DNA from: Spirochaetota bacterium
GTDB taxonomy: Bacteria > Spirochaetota > UBA6919 > CBDBPB01
Reading direction: 5' to 3'
Length of the DNA: 64,000 nt
Assembly (NCBI GenBank): GCA_965208615.1
Contig: CBDBPB010000004.1
Span: 160,001-224,000, forward strand
Below, piece after piece: positions 62,969 to 64,000 of this stretch. A model generated the notes under the pieces. That model made no database searches and was not told where the DNA came from. It saw nothing but the letters and a program-made list of their open reading frames with translations. The translations under genes were made by a program, and so were the position numbers. Each line of letters starts with the position of its first letter. The stretch's first letter is position 1.

Positions 62969-63604
62969 CTAATATATTAACGGTATTAACTTATACTTAA
63001 CCCTTTTCTTATATTCTACATACTCTTTATGCTTAGACAAAAAAGATTCTTCATAATGAATCCTAAGCAAAAATAAACTAAGAGCAATAATAAATATTAT
63101 AACATTTATTAAACTAAAATATGCTAATATAATCCCAGTGTCCATAACCATATAAGACAAGTAAACAGGATGCCTTACAACCCTATACATATATTTTGTT
63201 TTGATCTCCCTATAACTAACCAATATACCAAAACTTTTATACAGGGATAATAAAGATAGAATAGTAAGTACGGCACCAACTGATACCAATATTAACTCAG
63301 CATCCTCGGATATAAGGTGTATGCTTTTATCAAAACTAAAAAAATAAAAATACATTACTGATAAAATAGACACTATATGAACAAGTATATTGTTTGATGT
63401 ATCCTTATTAGGCTTTCTAATAAGAAATAGAATAGCTACAATAAAATGTATGAAAAACCATAGCATAACAATAAAATAATCAGTCTGTATAAAGTCTTTA
63501 AGAAAACTATATGCTAAATAAAGGGCGTCAATAGCAAATATAATGTTATATACATAAGGTGGGACAGCTTTTAAATAAGTAAATAATACCCTAAAAAAAT
63601 ACAC
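62969..63604 (-). CDS. isoprenylcysteine carboxyl methyltransferase/PEMT family membrane protein
   Basis: YRVVRHPVY, RIHYEE..L, Y..YKKRV..KLIP. Confidence 0.85.
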   Translation of the reverse strand: MYFFRVLFTYLKAVPPYVYNIIFAIDALYLAYSFLKDFIQTDYFIVMLWFFIHFIVAILFLIRKPNKDTSNNILVHIVSILSVMYFYFFSFDKSIHLISEDAELILVSVGAVLTILSLLSLYKSFGILVSYREIKTKYMYRVVRHPVYLSYMVMDTGIILAYFSLINVIIFIIALSLFLLRIHYEESFLSKHKEYVEYKKRVKYKLIPLIY

Positions 63605-63609
63605 GATAA

Positions 63610-63999
63610 CTAAAATACATAAGATGCACCAAATTTAAGTATTATCTTAGGAAAATTATTAATACCTGTTACAGCCGCATCAGTAAATAGTATTGCTGCA
63701 AAATTATTTGTACTAGCTTCTACTCCCGCAACAATTGAGAATCCTCCCCAGAGTCTAATGCCTAACTCAGTTTCTATATCAACGGTAGTAACAGAAGAGA
63801 CATTATTATTAATATTAGCTATACCTACACCAATACGTATTCCAAATACTATTAACACAGGATCTAAATTTAATTCAATACGATTCCTAATACCTAATAT
63901 ATCCTTTAACCCAGGATCTCCTTGATAAAAATTAGTACTAAGCCAAGAAGTAAAGTTAGCTATACTACCACTATAACCAAAACCAAGCCCTACTTCTAC
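63610..63999 (-). CDS. 3' part of a probable outer-membrane beta-barrel protein (starts beyond the window end)
   Basis: Frame open from 63999; alternating beta-strand pattern; ends LKFGASYVF. Confidence 0.65.
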   Translation of the reverse strand, partial: VEVGLGFGYSGSIANFTSWLSTNFYQGDPGLKDILGIRNRIELNLDPVLIVFGIRIGVGIANINNNVSSVTTVDIETELGIRLWGGFSIVAGVEASTNNFAAILFTDAAVTGINNFPKIILKFGASYVF

Positions 64000-64000
64000 G

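Noticed and set aside
1-64000. tRNA, rRNA, prophage or intact transposase genes
   Set aside because: None recognised by eye or in the ORF track; a covariance-model scan would be needed to exclude small RNAs

Overview
AT-rich chromosomal window, most likely from a spirochaete (inferred from the spiro-SPASM-type radical SAM protein, fliM and the TPR-mreBCD-mrdA-rodA block). Most of it is housekeeping: birA/coaX, rnhC, an MCP, a UbiD-family decarboxylase, ferritin, der, pepA, fabH, sppA, sufBCDSU and pdxJ, plus a small surface-glycan locus (galE, 2 glycosyltransferases, 2 methyltransferase-like genes). The ORF track does not explain three large intergenic gaps (11.6-13.2 kb, 22.5-23.2 kb, 40.4-41.4 kb). 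Each holds a copy of one ~720-bp non-coding element with imperfect 18-bp TGTTA...TAACA terminal inverted repeats and a conserved ~410-bp hairpin-rich core. The same end region has been tandemly amplified independently in two copies (about 6 x 169 bp and 2 x 203 bp), variants are shuffled between copies, and that end always sits upstream of a gene transcribed away from it. Also notable: a gene in the glycan locus bracketed by a 31-bp direct repeat made of the next gene's first codons and carrying an A8 frameshift; galE and rnhC apparently starting at ATT/ATA; a frameshifted secreted protein ending in 20 KPDK(A/T) repeats; and a 52-aa ankyrin ORF missed by the track. No rRNA, tRNA or CRISPR array was seen. 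All alignments were done by eye and no database searches were run.
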